A DNA stretch of 64,000 bases from Parcubacteria group bacterium (lineage in GTDB: Bacteria; Patescibacteriota; Minisyncoccia; Moranbacterales; UBA9337). A model generated the notes under the pieces. It was given only the letters and a program-made list of their open reading frames with translations. It did not search any database and was not told the origin of the DNA. Of the stretch, positions 47,513 to 56,691 are shown piece after piece (position 1 is the first letter of the stretch; every line of letters starts with the position of its first letter). The DNA is taken from contig JBAZSW010000001.1 of NCBI GenBank assembly GCA_041662245.1, positions 119,757-183,756 of the forward strand, written 5' to 3'. The translations under genes and the position numbers were made by a program.

Positions 47513-50230
47513 ATGAACGAAAGTAATTTTTATAATTTTTCTTTAAAAGAAATTTCCAGAGAATTTAAAACTTCTTACATTACAGGTCTTTCTGAAAATG
47601 AAGTTTTACTACGTTTGAAGGAATATGGCAAAAATCAGATTAAGAAAAAACAGGATTGGCGTTGGATTAAGTTAATCCTTAATCAATTTAATGACGCTTT
47701 GGTATGGATTCTTTTGGTGGCTGCGGGCCTAGCTTGTATTTTTCAGGAGTATCGAGATGTGATAATTATTTTGATTATTGTGGGGATTAATGCCACTATC
47801 GGATTTTTACAGGAATTTAAAGCAGAAAGAATTTTAGATAGTATTAAAAAATTAACCACTGATCAGACCCAAGTTATTCGTGATAGCAAAAAACAAGAAG
47901 TAGATGCTCAAATGATTACTCTAGGAGATCTAATTTTTGTTTCTGCAGGGGATCGGGTTCCGGCAGACGGATATATCACCGAAAGCTATGATTTAAAAGT
48001 GAATAGTTTTATTTTTACTGGTGAGTCTAAACCAGAAAATAAATCATCCAAAATTATTGAGGAAAAAAATATTCCCATTGCCGATATTGATAATATGCTT
48101 TTTATGGGAGAAACCATTTCAACGGGAGAGGGAAAATTCATTGTAACCGGAATCGGAATTAATACTGAACTAGGTAAAATTGCTCATTTGACCAGTGAAG
48201 TTCAAGAAGTACTCACTCCAATGCAAAAACAAATGCGTAAGCTAGGTAAAAATGTTACGATTATGGCTATGACTGTCGGAGTAGTCGTAATGATCACAGG
48301 TCATTTTTTGGGAATGTCGCTTTATCATAATTTTATTTTTGCTCTTGCCTTGGCGGTGTCCGTTGTGCCCGAAGGACTTCCTGCAGCTATTTCAGTGGCC
48401 CTTTCTTTAGGAATGAAGAGATTATTAAAACATAACATTTTAGCTAAAAAATTAAATGCGGTAGAAACTTTAGGTTCAGTCTCGATAATTTGTACAGATA
48501 AAACAGGAACAATTACCAAAAATGAGCTAACAGTAACTCAATTAGTTATTAATAATCAAGAAGTAATATTAAGCGGAACAGGCTATTCTCCTGAGGGACA
48601 TTTTTTTATAGATAAGGAAGCAGTCAATCCAGTAGAAATAAAAAATTTAGAGTTACTTTTTCGTATTGGCACGCTTTGCAATGATGCAAATATTATTTTT
48701 AAAGATGGAATTAGAACAGTTGTAGGTGACCCAACTGAGGGAGCAATTATTGTGGCGGGAGAGAAATTTAATCCCAAGGAAAATTATTATGAAATCGGGG
48801 AAACGAAAATTACTGAAAACCCTTTTTCTTCTAATAGAATGAGAATGAGCGTGGTCTACAAAAATGCGGAAACATTGTCCTTGGTAAAAGGTTCCCCTGA
48901 TGTAATGATTGATTTATGCGATTTTATTAGGATAGATGATGAAATTTTACCGTTTGATAAAGAGGATAAAGAGAAAATAGGAAAAATGTATAATACCATG
49001 TCTGCTCAAGCATTACGAGTGTTAGCTTTCGCCTATCGAAATCTAGAAGATGTTACTAGTGAAAAATATTTAGAAGAATCAGAAAAAAACTTAACTTGGG
49101 TAGGAATGATGGCTATGATTGATCCTCCTCGCCAAGATGTGGCTGTAGCTATCGATGAATGCAAAAAATTGGGAATTAAAGTTATTATGATTACGGGAGA
49201 TTATGAAATTACCGCTAGCGCTATTGCAAAGAATATCAATCTAATTGAAGAGGGGGGAAAGAATGAAATTATTAATGGTAAACAACTAGTTGAATTGAGC
49301 GATGATGAAATCTACCATAAAATTATTCAAAAAAATATTGTTTTTGCGCGTATTGCTCCAGAACAGAAACTGAGAATCGCTAAAATATTGAAGAAAAACA
49401 ATCAAATAATCGCCATGACAGGAGACGGAGTCAATGATGCTCCTGCTCTTAAAAAAGCTGATGTGGGAGTAGCAATGGGGATAATAGGGACAGATGTTTC
49501 TAAAGAGGCTTCAGATATGATTTTATTAGATGATAATTTTGCTTCAATCGTGAGAGGAATCAAGGAGGGAAGAACTATCTATGGAAATCTAAAAAAGTTT
49601 GTGCATTATGTTTTTACTTCTAACGCAAGTGAACTATTAACGGTAATTTTTGGGGTAATCTTGCATATCCCTTCGCCTATTATGGCAGTTCAGATTTTAG
49701 CTATTGATTTAGCTACGGATGTTTTTCCTTCCTTTTCATTGAGTTTAGAGCCGGCAGAAAAATGGGTAGATAAAACAACAAAAAATTCTAGTGGATCAAT
49801 ATTGAATTGGAAAGGTTTTAAAAGAATAATTTATTTGGGAATAATTATGGCAGGGGGAGGGATAATAGCTTTCTTATGGTCAATGTTACGGGGAGGATGG
49901 CATTGGGGAAAGATAATAGATGAAAACAGCGCACTTTATATTCGGTCTACTACAGCAACCTATGCTGTACTTGCCATGACACAGATGGCTAACCTTTTAC
50001 AATCTAGAAGTGAAAAATCAACTCCTTTTGAATTGGGATTTTTCAAAAACAAATATGCTATTGGATCTATCTTTATTTCTTTAGGAATTTTAATCTCTTT
50101 TATGTATCTTTCATTTTTTCAAAAATATTTGCGAATGAGTCCTATTCAGTGGCAAGATTGGCTAATAGTGATAACGGTGACTCTAGTGGTATATTTTTTT
50201 GAGAGTGCGAGAAAGAAACGTCAGAAATAG
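47513..50230 (+). CDS. Cation-transporting P-type ATPase (type II)
   Basis: TGES, VPEGLP, DKTGT, GDPTE, MITGD, TGDGVNDAPAL. Confidence 0.95.
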   Translation: MNESNFYNFSLKEISREFKTSYITGLSENEVLLRLKEYGKNQIKKKQDWRWIKLILNQFNDALVWILLVAAGLACIFQEYRDVIIILIIVGINATIGFLQEFKAERILDSIKKLTTDQTQVIRDSKKQEVDAQMITLGDLIFVSAGDRVPADGYITESYDLKVNSFIFTGESKPENKSSKIIEEKNIPIADIDNMLFMGETISTGEGKFIVTGIGINTELGKIAHLTSEVQEVLTPMQKQMRKLGKNVTIMAMTVGVVVMITGHFLGMSLYHNFIFALALAVSVVPEGLPAAISVALSLGMKRLLKHNILAKKLNAVETLGSVSIICTDKTGTITKNELTVTQLVINNQEVILSGTGYSPEGHFFIDKEAVNPVEIKNLELLFRIGTLCNDANIIFKDGIRTVVGDPTEGAIIVAGEKFNPKENYYEIGETKITENPFSSNRMRMSVVYKNAETLSLVKGSPDVMIDLCDFIRIDDEILPFDKEDKEKIGKMYNTMSAQALRVLAFAYRNLEDVTSEKYLEESEKNLTWVGMMAMIDPPRQDVAVAIDECKKLGIKVIMITGDYEITASAIAKNINLIEEGGKNEIINGKQLVELSDDEIYHKIIQKNIVFARIAPEQKLRIAKILKKNNQIIAMTGDGVNDAPALKKADVGVAMGIIGTDVSKEASDMILLDDNFASIVRGIKEGRTIYGNLKKFVHYVFTSNASELLTVIFGVILHIPSPIMAVQILAIDLATDVFPSFSLSLEPAEKWVDKTTKNSSGSILNWKGFKRIIYLGIIMAGGGIIAFLWSMLRGGWHWGKIIDENSALYIRSTTATYAVLAMTQMANLLQSRSEKSTPFELGFFKNKYAIGSIFISLGILISFMYLSFFQKYLRMSPIQWQDWLIVITVTLVVYFFESARKKRQK

Positions 50231-50325
50231 AATTTGTTATAATAATTAATAAGCAATTTAAGATAAGTTTTTGATGACTAAGAATTGAAATTATTGAAGA
50301 ATTATTAATATGTAAGTTTGAAGAT

Positions 50326-51234
50326 ATGCGTAAAAGAATGTTCAAATTAGGAATTTTTATTGGAGTAATAATTATTTCATTGGGGGTGATTTTATTTTTT
50401 TTAAAGAAGATAAATGCTCCTGCTACGATGAATAATAAGATTAATGTAACTACTAGTTTTTATCCTCTTTATTTTTTAACTTCTCAAATTGGAGGAGACT
50501 TGGTTAATGTAAATAATTTGACGCCTGCCGGTACGGAACCGCACGATTATGAGTTAACAGCTCGAGATATTGCTAAAATTAAAAAGAGCAAGTTATTAAT
50601 CTTGAATGGGGGAGGTTTAGAGATATGGGCTGAGAGTGTTAAGAAAAATATAAGTTTTAAAAATCCGTTAGTTGTAAATTTAGGAGAAGGTTTGGTTAGT
50701 CAAGAAGATCCTCATATTTGGCTTAGCCCGACTTTGGCGATAAAGATGGCGGAGAAGATAAGCAAAGGTTTGATTGAAGTTGATTCCCAAAATAAAAGTT
50801 ATTATGAGTCTAATTTCAATATTTTAAAAACCAAGCTGGTGAATTTGGATAGTGCCTATAAAGCAAGCTTGGCAGATTGTCAGAGAAAAGATATAATAAC
50901 TTCTCATAGTGCTTTTATCTATTTAGCAAAGGATTATGGGCTGAGACAAATTTCGATTGCAGGTCTTTCCCCTGAAGAAGAACCATCCAGTAAACAATTA
51001 GCTGACGTGACTCAATTTGCTAGGGATAATAATGTTAAGTACATATTTTTTGAGAGTTTGGTCAGTCCAAAATTATCACAAACTATTGCCAAAGAGATTG
51101 GAGCTAAAATTCTAATCTTAAACCCAATTGAAGGATTGACTGAAAAAGAACTAAATCAGGGAAGAGATTATTTAACTGAAATGAATACTAATTTGGAGAA
51201 TTTAAAAATAGCGCTGGAATGCAAAAATAATTAA
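50326..51234 (+). CDS. Zn/Mn ABC transporter substrate-binding protein (ZnuA/AdcA-like)
   Basis: EPHDYE, DPHIWLSP, SHSAFIYL. Confidence 0.9.
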   Translation: MRKRMFKLGIFIGVIIISLGVILFFLKKINAPATMNNKINVTTSFYPLYFLTSQIGGDLVNVNNLTPAGTEPHDYELTARDIAKIKKSKLLILNGGGLEIWAESVKKNISFKNPLVVNLGEGLVSQEDPHIWLSPTLAIKMAEKISKGLIEVDSQNKSYYESNFNILKTKLVNLDSAYKASLADCQRKDIITSHSAFIYLAKDYGLRQISIAGLSPEEEPSSKQLADVTQFARDNNVKYIFFESLVSPKLSQTIAKEIGAKILILNPIEGLTEKELNQGRDYLTEMNTNLENLKIALECKNN

Positions 51235-51352
51235 AAGTTAAAAATGAAAAATTAAAAGTTACAATTCAAAGTCCAAAATTATATAAAATAATTTAGAAAA
51301 ACTTTAAATTGTTAGCTGCAACTTTTAACTTTGCACTTTGAATTTTTAACTT
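51228..51352. repeat. Intergenic heptamer-like repeats in inverted arrangement
   Basis: AAAAGTT/AAAAATG/AAAATT tract followed by AACTTTT/AACTTTG/CACTTTG/AATTTTT tract. Confidence 0.55.
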
Positions 51353-51392
51353 GCAAAAAATTTGACTAGGTAAATTATGAGGATTAAATTTT

Positions 51393-52187
51393 ATGAAAGA
51401 GACAGTAAATAAATTGGAAACCGTTGATCATACTAAAAACATTATTGAGATTGATAATGTTTCTTTTTCCTATGATAATCAAAATAATGCCTTAGAAAAT
51501 GTTACCTTACAAATTCATCAAGGTGATTATATCGGTTTGGTGGGGCCTAATGGAAGCGGAAAAACAACTCTAATAAAACTTATTGTCGGTTTGCTTAGTC
51601 CAAAAAATGGAACAATAAAAATATTTGGAAAAAATATTAATGATTTTAGAGATTGGCATAAGATAGGTTATGTTCCGCAGACATTAGCTAACTTTGATAA
51701 AAATTTTCCGGTCACTGTGGCTGAAGTAGTATTGATGGGCAGGTATTCAAAAAAGGGTCTGCTGACAAGAGTTAACGAAGAAGATAAAAAATTAGTGCAA
51801 GAGTCTTTGAAAAAGGTTGAGATGGTAAAATATGGGAATCGTTTAATCGGGGAACTTTCGGGCGGTCAGATGCAAAGAGTTTTTATCGCAAGAGCTTTGG
51901 CCAGCCAGCCAGAAGTAATTTTCTTAGATGAGCCTACGGCCGGAATAGATGAGCAAAGTCAAAAAGAATTTTATAAATTATTGCAAAAATTGAATAAAAA
52001 GATGGGAATTACTCTAGTGATAGTTTCGCACGATATCCAAAAAATGACTCAGGAGGTAATGCATATGGTGTGTGTTAATCGGAGCCTTACTTGTCATACT
52101 ACGCCCGAAGAATTTATTCGAGAAAGTCAGTCTTCTAATATTTTTGGTCAGGATGTAAAAATTATAACGCATCATAATCATAAATAA
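51393..52187 (+). CDS. Metal ABC transporter ATP-binding protein (ZnuC-like)
   Basis: GPNGSGKT, LSGGQMQR, LDEPT, His-rich tail. Confidence 0.92.
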   Translation: MKETVNKLETVDHTKNIIEIDNVSFSYDNQNNALENVTLQIHQGDYIGLVGPNGSGKTTLIKLIVGLLSPKNGTIKIFGKNINDFRDWHKIGYVPQTLANFDKNFPVTVAEVVLMGRYSKKGLLTRVNEEDKKLVQESLKKVEMVKYGNRLIGELSGGQMQRVFIARALASQPEVIFLDEPTAGIDEQSQKEFYKLLQKLNKKMGITLVIVSHDIQKMTQEVMHMVCVNRSLTCHTTPEEFIRESQSSNIFGQDVKIITHHNHK

Positions 52188-52193
52188 TTTTTT

Positions 52194-53000
52194 ATGGAAA
52201 TTTTTCAATACGATTTTATTTTAAGGGGAATTATAGCGGGGATAGTTATCGGAGCTATTGCTCCTCTGATTGGTATTTTCCTTGTTTTAAAAAGGTACTC
52301 TTTAATTGCGGATACGCTTGCGCATGTTTCTTTGGCAGGAGTGGCGCTAGGGTTACTTTTAGGGATTAATCCGATTTTTACCGCTCTAGGAAGTTCAATG
52401 GTGGCTTCAGTGGCGATTGAAAAATTAAGAACCAGTAAAAAAGTTTATGGAGAATCAGCCTTGGCTCTCTTTCTTTCAGGAAGTTTAGCCTTGGCGATTG
52501 TGATTTTAAGTTTGGCGCGTGGGTTTAATACCAATTTATTTAGTTATCTTTTTGGAAGCATTGTTACGGTTAGCATAGGGGATATTTATTTAATTTTGAT
52601 AGTGGCAGTAATTGCGGTTGTTACTTTAGCTATTTTTTATAAAGAATTGATTTATGCTACCTTTGATGAAGATTCTGCCAAAGTTAGCGGTATTTCGACT
52701 CAAAAAATAAATATTATTTTGATTGTGTTAGCTTCGCTAGTAGTATCATTGGCCATTCCTATCGTGGGAGTCTTATTGATTTCAGCGCTGATTGTTATTC
52801 CTGTGGTTACAGCTTTGCAACTTAAAAAAGATTTTCGGGGAACAATTATTTGGGCAGAATTTTTTTCTATTTTTTCGGTAGTGGGAGGAATTTTTGGAGC
52901 TTTTTATCTAAACCTCTCTACCGGAGGAACAATTGTATTAATTATGCTTGCCATCTTTCTCTTGGTTTTTATGACTAAAAAATACTCAACATTAAATTAA
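52194..53000 (+). CDS. Metal ABC transporter permease (ZnuB-like)
   Basis: DTLAHVSLAG, YLFGSI, FDEDSAKVSG. Confidence 0.92.
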   Translation: MEIFQYDFILRGIIAGIVIGAIAPLIGIFLVLKRYSLIADTLAHVSLAGVALGLLLGINPIFTALGSSMVASVAIEKLRTSKKVYGESALALFLSGSLALAIVILSLARGFNTNLFSYLFGSIVTVSIGDIYLILIVAVIAVVTLAIFYKELIYATFDEDSAKVSGISTQKINIILIVLASLVVSLAIPIVGVLLISALIVIPVVTALQLKKDFRGTIIWAEFFSIFSVVGGIFGAFYLNLSTGGTIVLIMLAIFLLVFMTKKYSTLN

Positions 53001-53017
53001 TAATAAAATTTATAAAA

Positions 53018-53716
53018 ATGGAAAATGCAAATAATGATAAAAATAAAACGCACACTCTAGTTATCTCAGATTTTCATTTGGGATCGAAAGTGAGTCGCGG
53101 TGAAGATTTAATTAAATTTTTAAATAATTTTAAATTTAAAAAATTAATTCTCTTGGGGGACATTTTCGAAAGTCTTAATTTTCGAAAGCTGACTAAATCA
53201 GAATGGGATCTGCTTTCTCTCATAGGGGATATTTCTAAAAAATCAAAAGTGATCTGGGTCGCAGGCAATCATGATGCAGGTTTAACTGATTTCTTTACCA
53301 GTTTAACTGATGTTAAAGTTTATAATGTTTATAAATGGAAATATCAAAACAAAAAATATCTAGCCATTCACGGTCATCAATTTGATAATTTTTTAGTTAA
53401 CAATGCGGTAATAAGTTTTTTAGCTAATCAAGTTTATAAATTAATCCAGCTTCTTGATTTTGACGATAAACGGATTAGTCGTTCTATTAAGAGAAAGAGT
53501 AAAGGATGGTTAAGAATTTCAAAAAAAGTGGCTTCTCGTGCCATTATTTATGCGCGAGTGATGCAAGTGGACTATATTTTTTGCGGTCATACTCATAAGG
53601 CTATGGAAGACAACCGGGGAGATGTGCATTATTATAATTGTGGTTGCTGGACAGATGTTCCAGCTACTTATATTACTTTAGATAAAGATGCTATAGAAAT
53701 TCATCAGTATTTATGA
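53018..53716 (+). CDS. Calcineurin-like metallophosphoesterase (LpxH-like)
   Basis: SDFHLG, GDI, GNHD, HGH, GHTH motifs. Confidence 0.85.
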   Translation: MENANNDKNKTHTLVISDFHLGSKVSRGEDLIKFLNNFKFKKLILLGDIFESLNFRKLTKSEWDLLSLIGDISKKSKVIWVAGNHDAGLTDFFTSLTDVKVYNVYKWKYQNKKYLAIHGHQFDNFLVNNAVISFLANQVYKLIQLLDFDDKRISRSIKRKSKGWLRISKKVASRAIIYARVMQVDYIFCGHTHKAMEDNRGDVHYYNCGCWTDVPATYITLDKDAIEIHQYL

Positions 53717-53845
53717 TTTTTTGGCAGTTACAGGGGTCATGTTTGGATTTCTTCTTGAATGTTTTTTTCTTTTATGCTAGAGTGTGAAAAGTACTTATTT
53801 ATAGTTTTTATAAAATTTTCATTTACATATAAAGGGGGATGAGAA

Positions 53846-54298
53846 ATGGATAGGATAATTCTGTATCCTGACGATAAGAAGAAGGGTTATGTTTGTTGTC
53901 CAAGATGCGGAAAGTGTAAGGGACTTACTCTTTTTAATAACATGCACCTTATAGATATAAAGTGCTGCGGAGAAGTTCTAAAATTTAAAATTGAATGGAG
54001 AAAAAACTGGAGAAAAGAGTATGAAGGATTTGGAACTATAGGAAAAAAAAGAGTACAAATATTTGATCTTTCCCTAGGAGGAATGTCTTTTGATGATAGA
54101 GTATTTGATGCTCGTTTAAATTCTGAGGTGAGAATTTCATTTGAAATAGTTTTAAAGAATGGAAAAACTCAATTATTCAGTCAAACTATAAAAATTTTGT
54201 CTAGAAAAAATAATAAATATAGCGCTAAGTTTCTTGATTTATCAAGAGAATTGAATGTTAGTAAGGTTCTCTACTCTTGGCTTCAAGAAAGAGAATAA
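53846..54298 (+). CDS. Zn-ribbon plus PilZ-like domain protein
   Basis: CPRC...KCCG then EWRKNWRK and DLSLGG (RxxxR / DxSxGG). Confidence 0.65.
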   Translation: MDRIILYPDDKKKGYVCCPRCGKCKGLTLFNNMHLIDIKCCGEVLKFKIEWRKNWRKEYEGFGTIGKKRVQIFDLSLGGMSFDDRVFDARLNSEVRISFEIVLKNGKTQLFSQTIKILSRKNNKYSAKFLDLSRELNVSKVLYSWLQERE

Positions 54299-54518
54299 AC
54301 TACATTTTTTACAAAAAGATGTTATGCCTAAGTTTTGCATAACATCTTAAATTTTTTATAAAAAAACCTCATCTCAAAAGGATGAGTTTTTAATTTGTTG
54401 CGAACGTGGGACGGAGTTGGAACTTATTTGTTAAATCTTAGCTTATAAAAAAAATTCACCGAGGGGCTAAAATTAGACACGCCTCGGTGTAGGTGCTGGA
54501 AAATCAAACCAGCTAGAA

Positions 54519-54833
54519 TTATTCTTCGATAACCGCAGGGGCCAGCTCACTGAGAAGGTATGACGCATAGCTTAGGAAGTCTCGGAATCCAACTAGGTGC
54601 CTGGTTATGTGTCCTAGAGATTGTCTGCACATGGACCATTTCATAAGCATCTTGATTTGTGCATTATGGGTTCCAACAAGACTTCGCATACCGACAACTT
54701 CATCATGTTCCTCTTCTTGTGGTCTCTGCGTTGCCTCATGCACGCGTCTGCTGGCCTCCTTTTCCAAGGTCTCAATCAAATTTGCAATAACTGATCGAGA
54801 ATAGCCATTGACCACGGGATCTAAATTTTTCAT
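54519..54833 (-). CDS. Hypothetical protein
   Basis: 104 aa, SD AAGGAG upstream, hairpins downstream. Confidence 0.55.
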   Translation of the reverse strand: MKNLDPVVNGYSRSVIANLIETLEKEASRRVHEATQRPQEEEHDEVVGMRSLVGTHNAQIKMLMKWSMCRQSLGHITRHLVGFRDFLSYASYLLSELAPAVIEE

Positions 54834-54993
54834 TTTGCCTTCTCCTTCTGGTGAGTTTGCATTCTATGACATATTTCAATAGCGAATTTATGCCGACAAT
54901 GTTCAACTAGGAACTCACAAACATATATTAAAATTAGACTTTTGTCAATAGCGCGTTCAAATAATCAAAGGTTCTAAAGTGATAACTGGGTAT

Positions 54994-55448
54994 AAAAATA
55001 ACCTCTTGGATAAAAGGTTATTTTGTCTGTTGAAGATGAGGGATTCCTCTTCATCCGTCGCTTCGCACGTGACTGGTGCCACAGGCTTCGCTCCTCCCTC
55101 AGAGCCTGGGTTTTTAAAAACGCAAAGCCCTGCCTGCCGGTAGGCAAGAGTTTGCCTTTTTAAAATACCCTTCGAATCCTTCATCAATAAAAAATAAAAC
55201 CCCACCCGAAGAGGGTGAGGTTTAATTTTTCAGTTGGGGATGAATGGATTTCCGCATCACTCATTCGCCGTCACTCATTCATTCTTTGCCCTGGGTAGCG
55301 CCAAACGCTCTTTTTCGCGTTTGTCGACGTTCATTTCAATAATTTTTTGCTAAAAATTATTTTATTCACTTGCTACCCGTTCGAATCCCTGCCTCAGCTA
55401 AATAAAATCAAAAAACACACCCTAGCCGGGCGTGTCTTTTGATTTTAT
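54994..55448 (-). repeat. Two tandem structured units, each ending in a degenerate tRNA-Gln 3' end and separated by terminator hairpins
   Basis: + strand GTTGAAGATGAGGGATTC (55029) and GTTGGGGATGAATGGATT (55233) vs tRNA GTTGGAGATGAGGGATTC (55451); each unit closes with TTCGAATCC. Confidence 0.75.
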
Positions 55449-55451
55449 AAG

Positions 55452-55522
55452 TTGGAGATGAGGGATTCGAACCCCCGATGACGGGATCAGAACCCGTTGC
55501 CTTACCGCTTGGCTAATCTCCA
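55452..55522 (-). tRNA. tRNA-Gln(CTG)
   Basis: TGGAGATTAGCCAAGCGGTAAGGCAACGGGTTCTGATCCCGTCATCGGGGGTTCGAATCCCTCATCTCCAA cloverleaf; CCA not encoded. Confidence 0.93.
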
Positions 55523-55629
55523 ATTGTAAATATTTAACTTAACAAGACTTATTCTAGCACACTTTTTTAATTATTTTCAATACCTATGTAGTATCTAAAT
55601 ATTATCTCAAAGTTATTATTTAATAAGTC

Positions 55630-55659
55630 TTGACAGCTTTTTATTAATTATGATAGTCT
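55630..55659 (+). promoter_or_regulatory. Sigma70-like promoter
   Basis: TTGACA-18 nt-TAGTCT with extended -10 TG. Confidence 0.5.
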
Positions 55660-56106
55660 TTCAATGTTTAGAAGAGCGTTTCTTCGGATCGTACGTATCT
55701 GGAGGAAGGTAAACAAAAACAATTTTTTACGGAGGATATCATGAAAAGGTATCTAGTACCGCGCTGTGCACGGTGTATGAACGGTTACTGACGATGGGGC
55801 GCTAATATGCCCCGAATTATTTGGTTAGGGTATTTCCCATTTGAATGCCCACAAATTGGGAACGCAGAAAAAACAAAAAATGGGTACTACATTAGAGGGA
55901 GGTGAAAAAATTGTTCCAAATTAAAACTGGTCTGGGTGTTCCCTTCTGCGTATCACGCAGAGCAGGGGAGTCCCGCGGCTAAGACAGATATAACTGTCCG
56001 TGCTAGGAAGAAGAGGTCACTTTGGTATCCCGAAGTGACCTTGATTATTTTTATAAAAGATGAATTTAATGTAAAATAGAAGCAATAATAAAATCATAAA
56101 AATAGA

Positions 56107-56604
56107 ATGAAAAATATCATAAGTGTTATTGGTGACTATAAAATTTTTTTGAATGCCGTATACGCAAATTTAAAAAGTGCAAAAGTTGATGTAGCTGATT
56201 TTTATATTGATCATATCGCTTATCGAACTACTTCTCAAAAAAACTACAGAGTGATTAGGGAAGAATTATTAAATTGGGGAGAAATCATGACAGAAAAAAT
56301 AATTCGTAATCGATTAGTGTCAATCTTTAAATTTAATATTCCATTAGATTATAATGATTCGAAAATAGAATATTTTGAGATATTGGAACCTGCCAATGAC
56401 AATAATTACAAAGAAGGATTAGAGCACGCAGAATTTGTAGTGGGCAAAAAATTTTCAGAACTAGTTTCTAAAAATTCTCAAATTAATTTTATTTTCAAAG
56501 ATAAAGAAATAAATCCAGAATTAGTTTTAAAATTTCCCGATAACGTCAATGTAAAATTTCATGAGTTGCCGATAGATGAAGTGATTAAATTGGAAGAAAA
56601 ATAG
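56107..56604 (+). CDS. YecM-like VOC-family protein
   Basis: IDHIAYRT, GLEHAEFVV, NPEL, VKFH. Confidence 0.8.
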   Translation: MKNIISVIGDYKIFLNAVYANLKSAKVDVADFYIDHIAYRTTSQKNYRVIREELLNWGEIMTEKIIRNRLVSIFKFNIPLDYNDSKIEYFEILEPANDNNYKEGLEHAEFVVGKKFSELVSKNSQINFIFKDKEINPELVLKFPDNVNVKFHELPIDEVIKLEEK

Positions 56605-56691
56605 GCCAGTAATATTTCTAATAGTTCTAGACTTAGTGGTTAGGGAATGGTAAAATGAAGTTTGTAAGACATTAAATAGGGTAACTAATTT

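Noticed and set aside
54395-54430. Possible att-like scar TGGGACGGAGTTGGAACTTA near tRNA-Gln
   Set aside because: Resemblance to the GTTCGAAC T-loop motif is too weak to support
54957-55205. 82-aa minus-strand ORF
   Set aside because: Overlaps hairpin-rich tRNA-associated repeat units; no protein features
55660-56052. RNase P, tmRNA or a known riboswitch
   Set aside because: No RNase P GAGGAAAGUCC core, tmRNA tRNA-like ends or riboswitch consensus recognisable by eye; an Rfam scan is needed
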